Below are positions 16,829-27,787 of a stretch of DNA of 64,000 nt, in pieces. Under the pieces are notes generated by a model. The model searched no databases, had not been told where the DNA came from, and was given only the letters and a program-made list of their open reading frames with translations. Positions within the stretch are counted from its first letter, which is position 1. Every line of letters begins with the position of its first letter. The translations under genes and the position numbers were made by a program. Source of the stretch: Verrucomicrobiales bacterium (GTDB taxonomy: Bacteria > Verrucomicrobiota > Verrucomicrobiia > Verrucomicrobiales > DEV007); assembly GCA_037190325.1 (NCBI GenBank), contig JBBCIU010000023.1, forward strand, positions 29,560-93,559, in the 5' to 3' direction.

Positions 16829-18886
16829 TCAGGTGGCGGGCTTGAGAGGGTTGGCTTCCTTTTCCTCCTCCGGCTTCGGAGGCAGGGAGAGGGCGGCCTC
16901 GGCCAAGAGGGCGAGGGCCATGGTAGCGAGGAAGAGGCGCCAGATTTCGGAGGCGAGCGAGGCCCCGCTGCCGACGGTGTCGTCGATGCGGCGGTAGTCG
17001 ATGCCGGCGAGGAGGGTTTCGAGCGCTTCGGGGCTCACGGTGCGGGTATCGTCCTCGCGTTCGGGGCGGTTCAGGGCCAGGAGACGGCGGCTCCCTTCGT
17101 CCTCGCCGTATTCCCAGGCGCCGGCGGCCAGTCCGGAGGGAGAGGGAACGTCGGAGGAACCGGCTTGGTCGAGGAGCCGGGTCAGGGGAAGCCCCGACAA
17201 GGCCCGGGGTCGCGTTTCGAGGGAACGGGCGCGTGCCACGGCGGCGGCGCCGGATTCGAGAGCGCGGTGGGTCATCGCGAAGAAGACGACGCCTTCCGTG
17301 GCGAGGTTGGAGTGGTCGGCGCGGGGAAGGATGCCCCAGACGTGGATGGTTCCGGGGAGGCTTTCTTCCGCGCCGGATTCGCCTCCGGGGATGGCGCGAG
17401 CGACGAGGACCTGCTCTCCTTTCGCTCTCAAGAGGGGCAGAGTGCCGCCTTCGAAGCTCCGGGCGCGGAAGACGCCGAGCTCGGCCACGGGCAGCGGTTC
17501 CCCATTGCGGGTGTTGGCGAGCAGTCCGGTTTCGGTCCGCCACCAGTCGATGGGCATGGCTTCGCCGTCGCCGTCGGTCCATTCACCCCATTTCACGCCG
17601 AAGAGTTCGCCGCCGCCCTCGTCGGGCGGAGGGAGGAGAACGAGGCTCCGTCCCGCCGCGACGTGTTGTTGCAGGAGGGCCGCTTCGACGCTGTCGGCCG
17701 CGGGCAGGGGCGCCTGCCAGAAGAGCAGGGCGGTCTCCTCCCAGGGAATCTGCGCGACGGAGGCGGTTCCGAGGACGACGGCCTCGTAGCGGATGCCCGG
17801 TTCGGTCGCGGCGGAGGCCGCGGCGCGGATCGCTTCGGCGGCGGGAATGTCGTCGCCGAGAACGACACTTTTCCGCGAGGCGGGTTCGTCGAAGACGAAG
17901 AAGGCGCTGTTGTCGGCGGGGTTGTCGTCGGCCGGCAGGTCGAGACGGCCCCAGCCGCGCTCGTTGCCGGGGCCGAGCGGCAGGGGATGGCCGAGGAGGA
18001 CGAGTTCGGGGCCGGATACGGTGAAATGCTCCACGGTGCGGGTACCGTTCACCGTGATTTCGACGGGCACGAGGGTTTCGCCGCCTTCGGCGTCCGGACC
18101 GTGGCGGCGGATGGCCAGATCCATGAGCAGACCGAAGCCATCGTTCGATCGGACGCGCTTCGTTTCACGCACGGCGATGGAGAGGTTGTCGCTGCCGGTC
18201 TCCGGGAAGGCGAGGAGAAAGAGGCGAACCGTCTCGCGCGCGGCGAGATCGGCCCGCAGGGTTTCCCACTCGCCCGAGCCGGGGTTCCAGTCCGGCTGGC
18301 GCAGATCGGAGACGAGCCAGAGGTCGGTGCGGCCGCTTCCGCTCGCGGCGAGATGGTCGACCGCCTTGCGCAGCATCGCGGGAATGTCGGCGGCGGTCTC
18401 GGTGGGCGCGGTCGCGGGAAGGTCGCGCAAGGCCTGGGCATCGGTCAGGGGCGTCGGCTCGAGGGTGGCGCTGTCGATGAGGACGATCTCGCCGCGGTGG
18501 CCCGTCGTCTCGACGAGACCGGCGATGCGGTCGAGAGCGGCGGAGCGTTTCGATTCTCCGGTTTCGAGGTTCCGTTGCTCCATGCTCGCGGACCGGTCGA
18601 GGAGGACGAGAAGGGTGTCGGCCTTGCCGCCCGCGAGACCCACCCAACCGCCCGCGAGCGGGCGGCTCGCCGCCAGGACGAGGGCGGCCACGGCGAGGAC
18701 CCGCATCGAGAGGATGAGGATCTGCCGCAGGCGGGCGAGGCCCTTGGTCATCTTCTTCGCGTCGAGGAGGAACATCGTCGCCGCCCATCTCACGGTGCGG
18801 TGCCGATGCTGGTTGATGAGATGGATCAGCACCGGGAGCAGGGCCAGAGGCAGCCCGACGAGAAGGATGGGCTGGAGGAAGTTCAT
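16829..18886 (-). CDS. BatA N-terminal domain + VWA protein (MoxR module 2)
   Basis: MNFLQPILLVGLPLALLPVLIHLIN...RWAATMFL; MIDAS LDRSASM. Confidence 0.87.
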   Translation of the reverse strand: MNFLQPILLVGLPLALLPVLIHLINQHRHRTVRWAATMFLLDAKKMTKGLARLRQILILSMRVLAVAALVLAASRPLAGGWVGLAGGKADTLLVLLDRSASMEQRNLETGESKRSAALDRIAGLVETTGHRGEIVLIDSATLEPTPLTDAQALRDLPATAPTETAADIPAMLRKAVDHLAASGSGRTDLWLVSDLRQPDWNPGSGEWETLRADLAARETVRLFLLAFPETGSDNLSIAVRETKRVRSNDGFGLLMDLAIRRHGPDAEGGETLVPVEITVNGTRTVEHFTVSGPELVLLGHPLPLGPGNERGWGRLDLPADDNPADNSAFFVFDEPASRKSVVLGDDIPAAEAIRAAASAATEPGIRYEAVVLGTASVAQIPWEETALLFWQAPLPAADSVEAALLQQHVAAGRSLVLLPPPDEGGGELFGVKWGEWTDGDGEAMPIDWWRTETGLLANTRNGEPLPVAELGVFRARSFEGGTLPLLRAKGEQVLVARAIPGGESGAEESLPGTIHVWGILPRADHSNLATEGVVFFAMTHRALESGAAAVARARSLETRPRALSGLPLTRLLDQAGSSDVPSPSGLAAGAWEYGEDEGSRRLLALNRPEREDDTRTVSPEALETLLAGIDYRRIDDTVGSGASLASEIWRLFLATMALALLAEAALSLPPKPEEEKEANPLKPAT

Positions 18887-19797
18887 CGCGCGGTGCGGGA
18901 AGTCTTCGGGTTCCGTCCGAGGAGGAAGCGGGCGAGGACCTGATCGTAGGGCTCGTCGAGGAAGACGCGGTGATAGTCGACCGACGAGTGGTTCACGATG
19001 TGGTCGATCTTGCCGAGATATTGCTTCACCGCCTCCCGGTAGCGGCGTTGGATCAGCGCGGGATCGGCGAGCAGGGAGGGACCGCCCTCGAGGTCGAGAA
19101 AGCGGGTGGGGCGGTCGAACTGGAACTCGACCTCCTGCCGGTCGAGGAGGTGGAAGACGGAGACGTCGTGCTTGCGGAAGCGAAGGTGCTCGAAAGCCTC
19201 GCGCAAGGGTTCGGGGGGGAAGAGCAGGTCCGAGACGATCACCACGAGGGCGCGCTGGCGGATTTTCTCGGCGACTTCGTGGAGGGCCTTCGCGAGTCCG
19301 GATTCTCCCGAGGCGCGGAGAGCGGCGATCTGGTCGAGGACGACGCCGAGATGGCGCGGGCCTCGCCGGGGCGGAGCCTCCTCTCCGAAATGGGTCGCTC
19401 CGCTGTAGAGCCCCGTCGCGTCGCCCTGCTGCGCGGCGAGATAGGCGAGCGTCCCGGCGAGGCGGCGGGCGTAGTCGAGGCGGGTCGCCCCCGGCGGGCC
19501 ATAGTCCATCGAACCGCTCGTGTCGACGACGAGGCAGAGTTGGAGGTTCGTGTCGGCTTCGAACTCCTTGATGTAGTGCCGGTCGGTACGGCCCCAGGTG
19601 CGCCAGTCGAGACGCCGGGTGTCGTCGCCGGGCACGTATTTGCGATATTGCGCGAACTCCAAGGCCGAACCGCGCACGGGGCTGCGGTGGCGGCCCGCGA
19701 CGCTGCCGACCATGGGGTGGCGGGCGTTCAGCTCCAGCCCGAGCAGTTTGCCGAGCACTGCCGGGTCCAGAAAGTCGCGCTTGGAGTCATGGGGCAT
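18883..19797 (-). CDS. DUF58 / VWA-like protein (MoxR module 2)
   Basis: GRHRSPVRGSALEFAQYRKYVPGDDTRRLDW; MIDAS VDTSGSM. Confidence 0.92.
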   Translation of the reverse strand: MPHDSKRDFLDPAVLGKLLGLELNARHPMVGSVAGRHRSPVRGSALEFAQYRKYVPGDDTRRLDWRTWGRTDRHYIKEFEADTNLQLCLVVDTSGSMDYGPPGATRLDYARRLAGTLAYLAAQQGDATGLYSGATHFGEEAPPRRGPRHLGVVLDQIAALRASGESGLAKALHEVAEKIRQRALVVIVSDLLFPPEPLREAFEHLRFRKHDVSVFHLLDRQEVEFQFDRPTRFLDLEGGPSLLADPALIQRRYREAVKQYLGKIDHIVNHSSVDYHRVFLDEPYDQVLARFLLGRNPKTSRTAR

Positions 19798-19830
19798 GGG
19801 TCACGGGTGGCGATCCGGCTTCGGATTTCG

Positions 19831-20847
<1,017 letters not shown>

Positions 20848-21048
20848 GGGGAGGGGGAGATGCGTCCCGGACGATAGGGGTGGGGCGGGAGGGTGGAAAG
20901 GGGAAAATGAGGAGCCCGGTCTCCGCTCTGGGTTCGGGCCCGGGACCGTTCGATTCCCGTGTGACCCAGCGGAAAACCGGATGGCGCCGGTGAAGCGAAG
21001 CTCTTTCCCTCTTGCCTTGTCATCCTCGGGAGTGCTTTACTTCCCGCG

Positions 21049-21525
21049 ATGTCGACGCTCCCCCAAATCGGTTCCAAAGCCCCGGACTTCGATCTGCCCG
21101 TGGTCGGTGGCGGCTATGGAGAGGATGCCAGGGTGACGCTTGCCGATTTGAAGGGGGAGACGGTGGTGCTCTACTTCTATCCGAAGGACGACACTCCGGG
21201 CTGCACGGTGCAGGCCTGCGGGCTCCGCGATGTTTGGGGCGAGCTGTCGAGACGGGCGAAGGTGTTCGGGGTCAGCGTCGACTCCCCCCGCAAGCATGCA
21301 AAGTTCATCGAAAAGCACGCCTTGCCCTTTCCCCTTCTCAGCGACGAAGAACGGACCATGGTCGAGGCCTACGGCGTTTGGGTGGAGAAGTCGCTGTATG
21401 GCAGAACCTATATGGGGACCGAACGGACTACTTTCGTCCTGGACGGAAAGGGCATCGTCAAGGCGGTCTTTCCAAAAGTGAAGCCTTCCGAACACGCGGA
21501 TCTCGTCCTCGCCGCGTTGGATTAG
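21049..21525 (+). CDS. bcp: Peroxiredoxin, BCP/PrxQ subfamily
   Basis: YFYPKDDTPGCTVQAC. Confidence 0.94.
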   Translation: MSTLPQIGSKAPDFDLPVVGGGYGEDARVTLADLKGETVVLYFYPKDDTPGCTVQACGLRDVWGELSRRAKVFGVSVDSPRKHAKFIEKHALPFPLLSDEERTMVEAYGVWVEKSLYGRTYMGTERTTFVLDGKGIVKAVFPKVKPSEHADLVLAALD

Positions 21526-21607
21526 GGGAGAGGTTCGAGGAGCGGTCCGCCGCGCGCCTTGCGCTCGCCCCCTCGGCATGGCAGGGCGAGGCGCGGACGC
21601 AGACAAA

Positions 21608-23569
21608 TCAGGGAGCAGGTTTCAGCAGCTCCGCTTTCCACTCTGCCGGCAGGGCCGTGCTCGTCTCGATCCAGCGGGTCGCGGCCTCGCGGTCGGCGTT
21701 GAGCCAGCGCCGGCCTTGGTCCATGACGGTGTTCCGGCGTTTCTGGTCATCGCCGATCTCGAAGGACCAGGTGATGGCGGCCTCGCGGTCGGTCCGGCGG
21801 GCGATGGAGACGAAGGTGGCGATGGCCACGTCGCGGAGCGGACCTTTCCCCATACCGTCGAGCGCCCGTGCGGACGACTCCAGATCCGCGCTCGCCCAGC
21901 CTCCGAAGAGCCCCTCGACGGCCTGACGGCGCATCGCCTCGTCCGGGAACGCAATGACCTGGGACAGGTAGGCCTCGCCGCCCCGGTCGTAGCCGAGACT
22001 CCAGAAGGCGTGCTGGGCGAGGGGAGCGACGACGGCCGGATCGGCGGCCTTGTTCAGGTAGGCCAGCAACTGCTCGGGCGAACGCTCCGCCCAGTGGGAG
22101 GCGATCCCGCTGTAGGCGTCCTTGCGGAGCGCTTCCGGCAGGTTCTTCGCGTGTTCCGCCGCCTCGGCGGGATTGGCTTCGGCCCAGGAGGACATCACGA
22201 AACGCACCGCGTCGTTCCTTCCTTGTCCGGCGTCGAGATGCTCCATGGCCCAGGCGAGGGCTCCGGTGGGATCCCCGTTCCGGGCGAGGTTGCTGAGAGA
22301 ACTGGCGATGAAGAAATCGGCATCCTGCTCCGGCGGCAGCAGATCGCGGGCATGGTGCAGCGCGGATTTCGGGTCGGTCTGGGAGAGCTGGTGCAGGACC
22401 ACCCGGCTCGCCAGCGATTTCGTCTCTCCCTCCGGCAGCATCGCCAGATGGGAAAGCACCCGGTTCAAATCTCCGGAATTCGTACTGATGGATCTCCAGA
22501 GTCCTTGCTCGGAAATCCTGACATCGGCCCCGTGGTTCTGGAACCATTCGAGCGCCTCCTCGCCCTTGTCTCCGGCCAGCCACTTGATCCAGGCTTGCCC
22601 GGCCATCTCGCCGTAGGCCTCGTTGCCGGCGAGGGAGGGGCCGATCTCCCGGAGAAAGGCGGCGGGGTCGGCCTTGGTCCGGGCATCGACGAGACCGGGG
22701 ATCACGTGCTCCTTGAGGCGTCCGCGGGGCTGGCCGAGCAGCCATCTCATCGCGGCCGCCCCGTCCCGCTCCGCCCAGACTTCGAGCAGGGCGACGAGCT
22801 GGCTCTGGTATTCCCAAGGGCCTTCGGTCTCCGAGAGAAAGCGGTCCGCGAGCGGGGCGAGCCGCTCGGAAGGGGTGATCCGGGCGAGGCGGGAGGCGAG
22901 GTGGACCGACCGGAAATAGGTGTAGCGGTCGTTGCCCGCGACCTCGGCGAGGTGGCGCTCGACGAGGTCCGGCGCTGTCTCCACGACCGTGTCGAGCAGG
23001 GCGAAGAGGGCGTCCTTCTTCGCCTTCGGATCGGCGAGCTGGAACACCCAGCGTTCCGCCGCTGCCGGATCGGCCCCGGCCCAGGTCCGCACCAGTCCGT
23101 CCACGCCGTCCCGCTTTCCGGTGCGGCGGAGCTGGTCGGACCAGAGGCTGACCGCCTCGTCGGGCGACAGGGCCGCGAAGCGGGCGTAGGCGGCGTTGAG
23201 CACGGCGGCACCGGTCATCGCGAGGTCCTCTTCCGCGAACCAGGCGACGAGATCCTCCCGGCTGGCGAGGGCGAAGATGGACTCCAACTCGAACTCGATC
23301 TGGCCCGGACGCGTGCCAAGGCCGGACAGGTGGTTCCAGCCCGGGGAGGAGGAGGTTCCCGAGAGTTCGCGGAGACGCGGCAGCCTTTCGGCAAAGGTGG
23401 CGCTGGGGGTGTCGGCGGGGCGGGGTGGTGCCGTGGCCGGGCCCCCGGTGGGTGCGGCCTGGGGCGTCGCGGGCGCCCTCTTCGGGGCCGGTGCCATCCG
23501 CAGCCCCGCACCGTAGCCGACGGAGGCTAGGGCGAGGTAGAGCAGGGTCTTCAGGAGCGGCTTCCTCAT
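21608..23569 (-). CDS. Hypothetical alpha-helical repeat protein (paralogue 1)
   Basis: N-terminal signal/anchor; repeated W...DPxAAxxW units; high-GC codon pattern. Confidence 0.75.
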   Translation of the reverse strand: MRKPLLKTLLYLALASVGYGAGLRMAPAPKRAPATPQAAPTGGPATAPPRPADTPSATFAERLPRLRELSGTSSSPGWNHLSGLGTRPGQIEFELESIFALASREDLVAWFAEEDLAMTGAAVLNAAYARFAALSPDEAVSLWSDQLRRTGKRDGVDGLVRTWAGADPAAAERWVFQLADPKAKKDALFALLDTVVETAPDLVERHLAEVAGNDRYTYFRSVHLASRLARITPSERLAPLADRFLSETEGPWEYQSQLVALLEVWAERDGAAAMRWLLGQPRGRLKEHVIPGLVDARTKADPAAFLREIGPSLAGNEAYGEMAGQAWIKWLAGDKGEEALEWFQNHGADVRISEQGLWRSISTNSGDLNRVLSHLAMLPEGETKSLASRVVLHQLSQTDPKSALHHARDLLPPEQDADFFIASSLSNLARNGDPTGALAWAMEHLDAGQGRNDAVRFVMSSWAEANPAEAAEHAKNLPEALRKDAYSGIASHWAERSPEQLLAYLNKAADPAVVAPLAQHAFWSLGYDRGGEAYLSQVIAFPDEAMRRQAVEGLFGGWASADLESSARALDGMGKGPLRDVAIATFVSIARRTDREAAITWSFEIGDDQKRRNTVMDQGRRWLNADREAATRWIETSTALPAEWKAELLKPAP

Positions 23570-23576
23570 GGCGGCG

Positions 23577-25565
23577 TCATTTGAAGATCTCGGCCTTCAC
23601 CGACTCGGGGATGGCGGAGTTGGCGCGGATGGCCGCCTCGGCGGTCTTGCGGTCCTGCTTCAGCCAGTAGCGTCCCCGGCTGACCAGTTCCTTGTCGCGC
23701 GCGTCGGGGATGGAGATTCGGGTGGCGAGCTCCATGGCCAGCTTCGGGTCGCTGCGGATGGCGAAGCCGTTGAATCCCCGGATCGCGGCGTCGCGGAGCG
23801 TGCCTTCGGGGATCTTCTCCATCGCCGCCGCTCCGCCCGTGGTGTCGGAGAGCGCCCAGCCGCTGAAAAGGCCGCTCACGGCGTCGTGCCGCATCTTTCC
23901 GGGCGGCATGGCGAGGGCCTCCTGGAGATACTGCGCACCGCGCCGCCGCTCGGAGAGCTGGCGGAAGGAGCTTTGCGTGAGCGACGAGACGACGGCGGGA
24001 TCGGGGGCGCTCTTGAGGAAGGAGAGCAATCCCTGGGGATCCTTTTCGGCCCACTGGTAGGCGAGTCCCCCGAGGGCATGGCCACGTTCCTTCTCCGGCA
24101 GGGTCATGGCCATCCCGGCGGCGGCGAGGGGATCCTTCTCAGCCCAGCGGGAGATGGCGAAGCGGACCGCGCCGTTACGGGCGCTCGGCAACTCCAGATT
24201 CTCCAGACTCCAGCGGACGGCGGCCTCCGGCTCGGTCGAGGCCCAGTTGCCGACCGCATGGGCGATGGTCTGGTCGGAGCGGGAGCCGAGGGGAAGGAAC
24301 TCGACGGCGAAGTCGAGGACGAGCTTCGCCTGATGGCGGGAGAGCCGTTCCAGAAATCCCTGGGAGAAGGCGGCGAGGGAGTCGCCGGGAGGGAGCGTCT
24401 TCAGGGTGTCGAGGACGCGCTGGGTGCGCTCGGGAGTCCAGTCGTCCGGGTTTGCGAACTGATCGGCGATCCGCCAGTCCCCGAACTCCGTGGCCGACGC
24501 GCTGTTTTCCCGGAGCCATCCGACCGCGTCCGCCTCCTCGCCGTCGGTCGTGATCCAGGCCCACCACGCCTGTCCGGCCGCCTCCCGGAGCGCCGGCTGG
24601 GCAGCGAGCGTGGGCGAAACGGACTGGAGGAAGCCTTTCGGATCGGAGGAAACCATGGAATAGAGGGCCGACCGCAGGTTGTCGCGTCCGAACGATTCGA
24701 GATCCTGCGACAGCAGCCATTCCATCATGGCCCCGGGCTCGCGTGCGCCCCAGGAGGCGAGGAAGCCCGCGATCATCCCGGCCGATGGCGATCCTTCCCG
24801 CTGGCGTCCGAGCATCCGCTCCGCCACCTCGGGACAGCGCGCCGGGTCGAGGGCGTTTGCGAGCACCGAGGCGAAGGTGAGCCCGCTCCCCGATTCCGGA
24901 TCGATCTCGTCCAGCCGCGAGACGGCCAGCGCGGGATCGGTCTCCGCCTTCCTGGTGAGAAAGATCAGGAGCGAGGCCTTCTTCAGATTCCCGTCCTCCA
25001 GTCCCCCGATCCAGCGCTCCGCCCCGGCGGAGTCGCGGCGCTCCCATTCCCGCATCAGCGAGTCGAGTCCCGGAAAGGCTTCGGCATCCCCGGGCCAGAT
25101 CCCGAGCCCGGTCTGCGCCGCCACCGAGGGCGAATGCCTGGCGAGGGCGGCGAAGGCGATCTCGAAGAGCGGTGCGGCGTTGTCGTGGGATTCGAGATCC
25201 TTGATCGTCCCGGCCAGCTGCGCCGGGGTCGCCAGCGCGAGGATCCGCTCGATCTCCTGCAGGATCCGCTCTCCGTGGATGGGGCTCGCGACGCGCTCAT
25301 AGACGGAGAGCCCGAGGTAGTCGGCGATCCCTTGCTTCAGCCGCGGCGCCGCCTCCTCGAAGGTGGCGTAGGGAAACGCCCCGGTGGCCGGATCGATCCG
25401 CCCGGAGCCTTTTGCGGAATCCCCTTTTCCGAGAAAGGTGATCGCCTCAAGCTCCCCGGTCTCGTCCGAGACTCCTTGATCGGTGCGGGCGGCCTGCCAG
25501 TTTCCCACTCCGAAACCGATGCCCAGGACCGCGATGCCCGCGGCGACATTCCAGAGCCCTTGCAT
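23577..25565 (-). CDS. Hypothetical alpha-helical repeat protein (paralogue 2)
   Basis: Probable start MQGLWNVAAGIAVLGIGFGVG; same repeat type; C-terminus aligns by eye with paralogue 1. Confidence 0.75.
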   Translation of the reverse strand: MQGLWNVAAGIAVLGIGFGVGNWQAARTDQGVSDETGELEAITFLGKGDSAKGSGRIDPATGAFPYATFEEAAPRLKQGIADYLGLSVYERVASPIHGERILQEIERILALATPAQLAGTIKDLESHDNAAPLFEIAFAALARHSPSVAAQTGLGIWPGDAEAFPGLDSLMREWERRDSAGAERWIGGLEDGNLKKASLLIFLTRKAETDPALAVSRLDEIDPESGSGLTFASVLANALDPARCPEVAERMLGRQREGSPSAGMIAGFLASWGAREPGAMMEWLLSQDLESFGRDNLRSALYSMVSSDPKGFLQSVSPTLAAQPALREAAGQAWWAWITTDGEEADAVGWLRENSASATEFGDWRIADQFANPDDWTPERTQRVLDTLKTLPPGDSLAAFSQGFLERLSRHQAKLVLDFAVEFLPLGSRSDQTIAHAVGNWASTEPEAAVRWSLENLELPSARNGAVRFAISRWAEKDPLAAAGMAMTLPEKERGHALGGLAYQWAEKDPQGLLSFLKSAPDPAVVSSLTQSSFRQLSERRRGAQYLQEALAMPPGKMRHDAVSGLFSGWALSDTTGGAAAMEKIPEGTLRDAAIRGFNGFAIRSDPKLAMELATRISIPDARDKELVSRGRYWLKQDRKTAEAAIRANSAIPESVKAEIFK

Positions 25566-25717
25566 GGACGGAGCTTGCGAAATCCACGGAGACTTGGCAA
25601 TGCGAAAAAACGGGGGAGGGATAGCGGGTTGGCTCCTCCTCTCTCCTCCCGTTTGCAATCCCATCTCGACGGTGGAATGCTCCCGATTTGTCTTTCCTTG
25701 CCCTTTCTTCCCAGCCA

Positions 25718-27343
25718 ATGAGCGATTTCACCTATCACAAGCCCTTTCCCCTCGGTCCAGACACCACGAACTATCGCCTCGTCACGACCGAAGGCGTCTC
25801 CGTGTCCGAATTCGAAGGACGCGAGGTCCTCAAAGTGGCGCCCGGGGCGCTGACCCGGCTGGCGAACGAGGCGATCAAGGACATCTCCTTCATGCTGCGG
25901 CCCTCGCATCTGAAGCAGGTCGCGGCCATCCTCGACGATCCCGAGGCGACGGACAACGACCGGCTCGTCGCCCTCACCCTGCTGCGCAACGCGGAGATCG
26001 CGGCGCGGGGCATTCTGCCGATGTGTCAGGACACGGGCACGGCCATCGTCATGGGGAAGAAGGGCCAGCAGGTCTGGACCGGCGGCCACGACGAGGAGGC
26101 CCTCGCCGCCGGGATCTGGAAGACCTACCAGGAGGAGAATCTCCGATACTCCCAGCTCGCGCCTCTGACCCTCTTCGACGAGAAGAACACCCGCAACAAT
26201 CTCCCCGCCCAGATCGAACTCTATGCGGCGGACGGAAGTGAATACGAGTTCCTCTTCATTACCAAAGGCGGCGGATCGGCGAACAAGACCTTTCTCTACC
26301 AGGAGACCAAGGCGCTCCTCTCGCCCGATCGTTTCGTCCCCTGGGCGGTCGAGAAGATGCGCAGCCTCGGCACCTCGGCCTGTCCGCCCTACCACATGGC
26401 CTTCGTCGTCGGGGGGACCAGCGCCGAGATGAATCTGAAGACGGTCAAGCTCGCCTCGACCCGCTACTATGACGAACTCCCCACCCAGGGAAGCGAGAGC
26501 GCCCAGGCCTTCCGCGACGTCGAGATGGAGAAGGCTTTGCTCGCCAAGGCACGCGAGATCGGGATCGGGGCTCAGTTCGGCGGAAAGTATTTCGCCCTCG
26601 ACGTGCGCGTCGTGCGTCTTCCTCGCCACGGGGCGAGCTGTCCGGTCGGTCTCGGGGTCAGCTGTTCGGCCGATCGGCAGGCGAAGGCGAAGATCACGAA
26701 GGAGGGCGTCTTTCTCGAGCAGTTGGAGACGAATCCCGGCCAATACATTCCCGAGAAGTGGCGCGACCACCAGTTCCACGGCGTGCCCGTCGATCTGAAC
26801 CTCGGCATGGCCGAGACGCTGAGAACGCTCTCGAAATACCCGGTGACGACGGCCTTGGAGCTGAGCGGCAGCATCGTCGTCGCCCGGGACATCGCCCATG
26901 CGAAGCTGCGCGAGCGGATCGAGCGGGGAGAGGAGCTGCCGTCCTACATCAAGGAGTATCCCGTCTACTACGCCGGGCCGGCGAAGACGCCCGAGGGGAT
27001 GGCGAGCGGCTCCTTCGGGCCGACGACGGCGGGCCGGATGGACGCCTACGTCGATCTCTTCCAGTCGCAGGGCGCCTCGATGGTGATGATCGCGAAGGGC
27101 AACCGCAGCCAGCAGGTCACCGACGCCTGCAAGCGGCACGGCGGTTTCTACCTCGGTTCGATCGGGGGACCGGCCGCGATCCTCGCGCAGAACCACATCC
27201 GCAAGGTCGAGGTGCTGGATTTCCCCGAGCTGGGCATGGAGGCGGTGTGGAAGATCGAGGTGGAGAAATTCCCCGCCTTCATCCTCGTCGACGACAAGGG
27301 CAACGACTTCTTCAGGGCGATCCAGCAGTGCCCGGTGGGGTGA
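25718..27343 (+). CDS. fumA: Class I (Fe-S) fumarate hydratase
   Basis: PMCQDTG; KGGGSANKT; [19 protein letters not shown]; GPTTAGRMD; A/B type cannot be told apart from sequence. Confidence 0.93.
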   Translation: MSDFTYHKPFPLGPDTTNYRLVTTEGVSVSEFEGREVLKVAPGALTRLANEAIKDISFMLRPSHLKQVAAILDDPEATDNDRLVALTLLRNAEIAARGILPMCQDTGTAIVMGKKGQQVWTGGHDEEALAAGIWKTYQEENLRYSQLAPLTLFDEKNTRNNLPAQIELYAADGSEYEFLFITKGGGSANKTFLYQETKALLSPDRFVPWAVEKMRSLGTSACPPYHMAFVVGGTSAEMNLKTVKLASTRYYDELPTQGSESAQAFRDVEMEKALLAKAREIGIGAQFGGKYFALDVRVVRLPRHGASCPVGLGVSCSADRQAKAKITKEGVFLEQLETNPGQYIPEKWRDHQFHGVPVDLNLGMAETLRTLSKYPVTTALELSGSIVVARDIAHAKLRERIERGEELPSYIKEYPVYYAGPAKTPEGMASGSFGPTTAGRMDAYVDLFQSQGASMVMIAKGNRSQQVTDACKRHGGFYLGSIGGPAAILAQNHIRKVEVLDFPELGMEAVWKIEVEKFPAFILVDDKGNDFFRAIQQCPVG

Positions 27344-27419
27344 AGTCGGCCGTAGGCCGCTGTAACAAGTGAAAGGGGGGCGCCTGGACAACAGTCGCCC
27401 GATCCAGTTCGTTCGATGC

Positions 27420-27754
27420 ATGAGGACGATCACGGTCGATGTATCGGAGCCGGTCTACGAAGCGTTACGGCGGCATGCCCGGAAGACGGATCGGAAAGCC
27501 TCCGAGTTGATCCGGGAAGCGATGGAGGTGGTATCGGCCGCTCCACATGGATAGGCGAACCTCCTTGCGGGACCGGCGTCCGACCAGCGTGGGCGGGCCG
27601 ATTCAGTCCATTGCCGGAGAGGACGATCCTCTGGGAGAGATGCTCGATGCTGGCCGCTGCTCTCCATCGGTCCGGGGTGAAGAAGCTCATTGCCAACGAT
27701 GAGCGCGATTTCAACGGGTTGGGATGCCTTGAAATCGTGACCTTCCGGCCATGA
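27420..27754 (+). pseudogene. Decayed RHH antitoxin + PIN (VapC-like) toxin remnant
   Basis: RHH MRTITVDVSEPVYEAL...ASELIREAM; +1 shift near 27531 continues ...TSLRDRRPTSVGGPIQ...EDDPLGEMLD; then only the PIN-like C-terminus MLAAALHRSGVKKLIANDERDF. Confidence 0.7.
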
Positions 27755-27787
27755 GGAGCGTTTTCGGCTCCGTAGGCTCCTCTTCGT

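Noticed and set aside
20940-20970. GTTCGATTCC, resembling a tRNA T-loop
   Set aside because: Flanks do not form a T-stem, and no acceptor or anticodon arms can be built.
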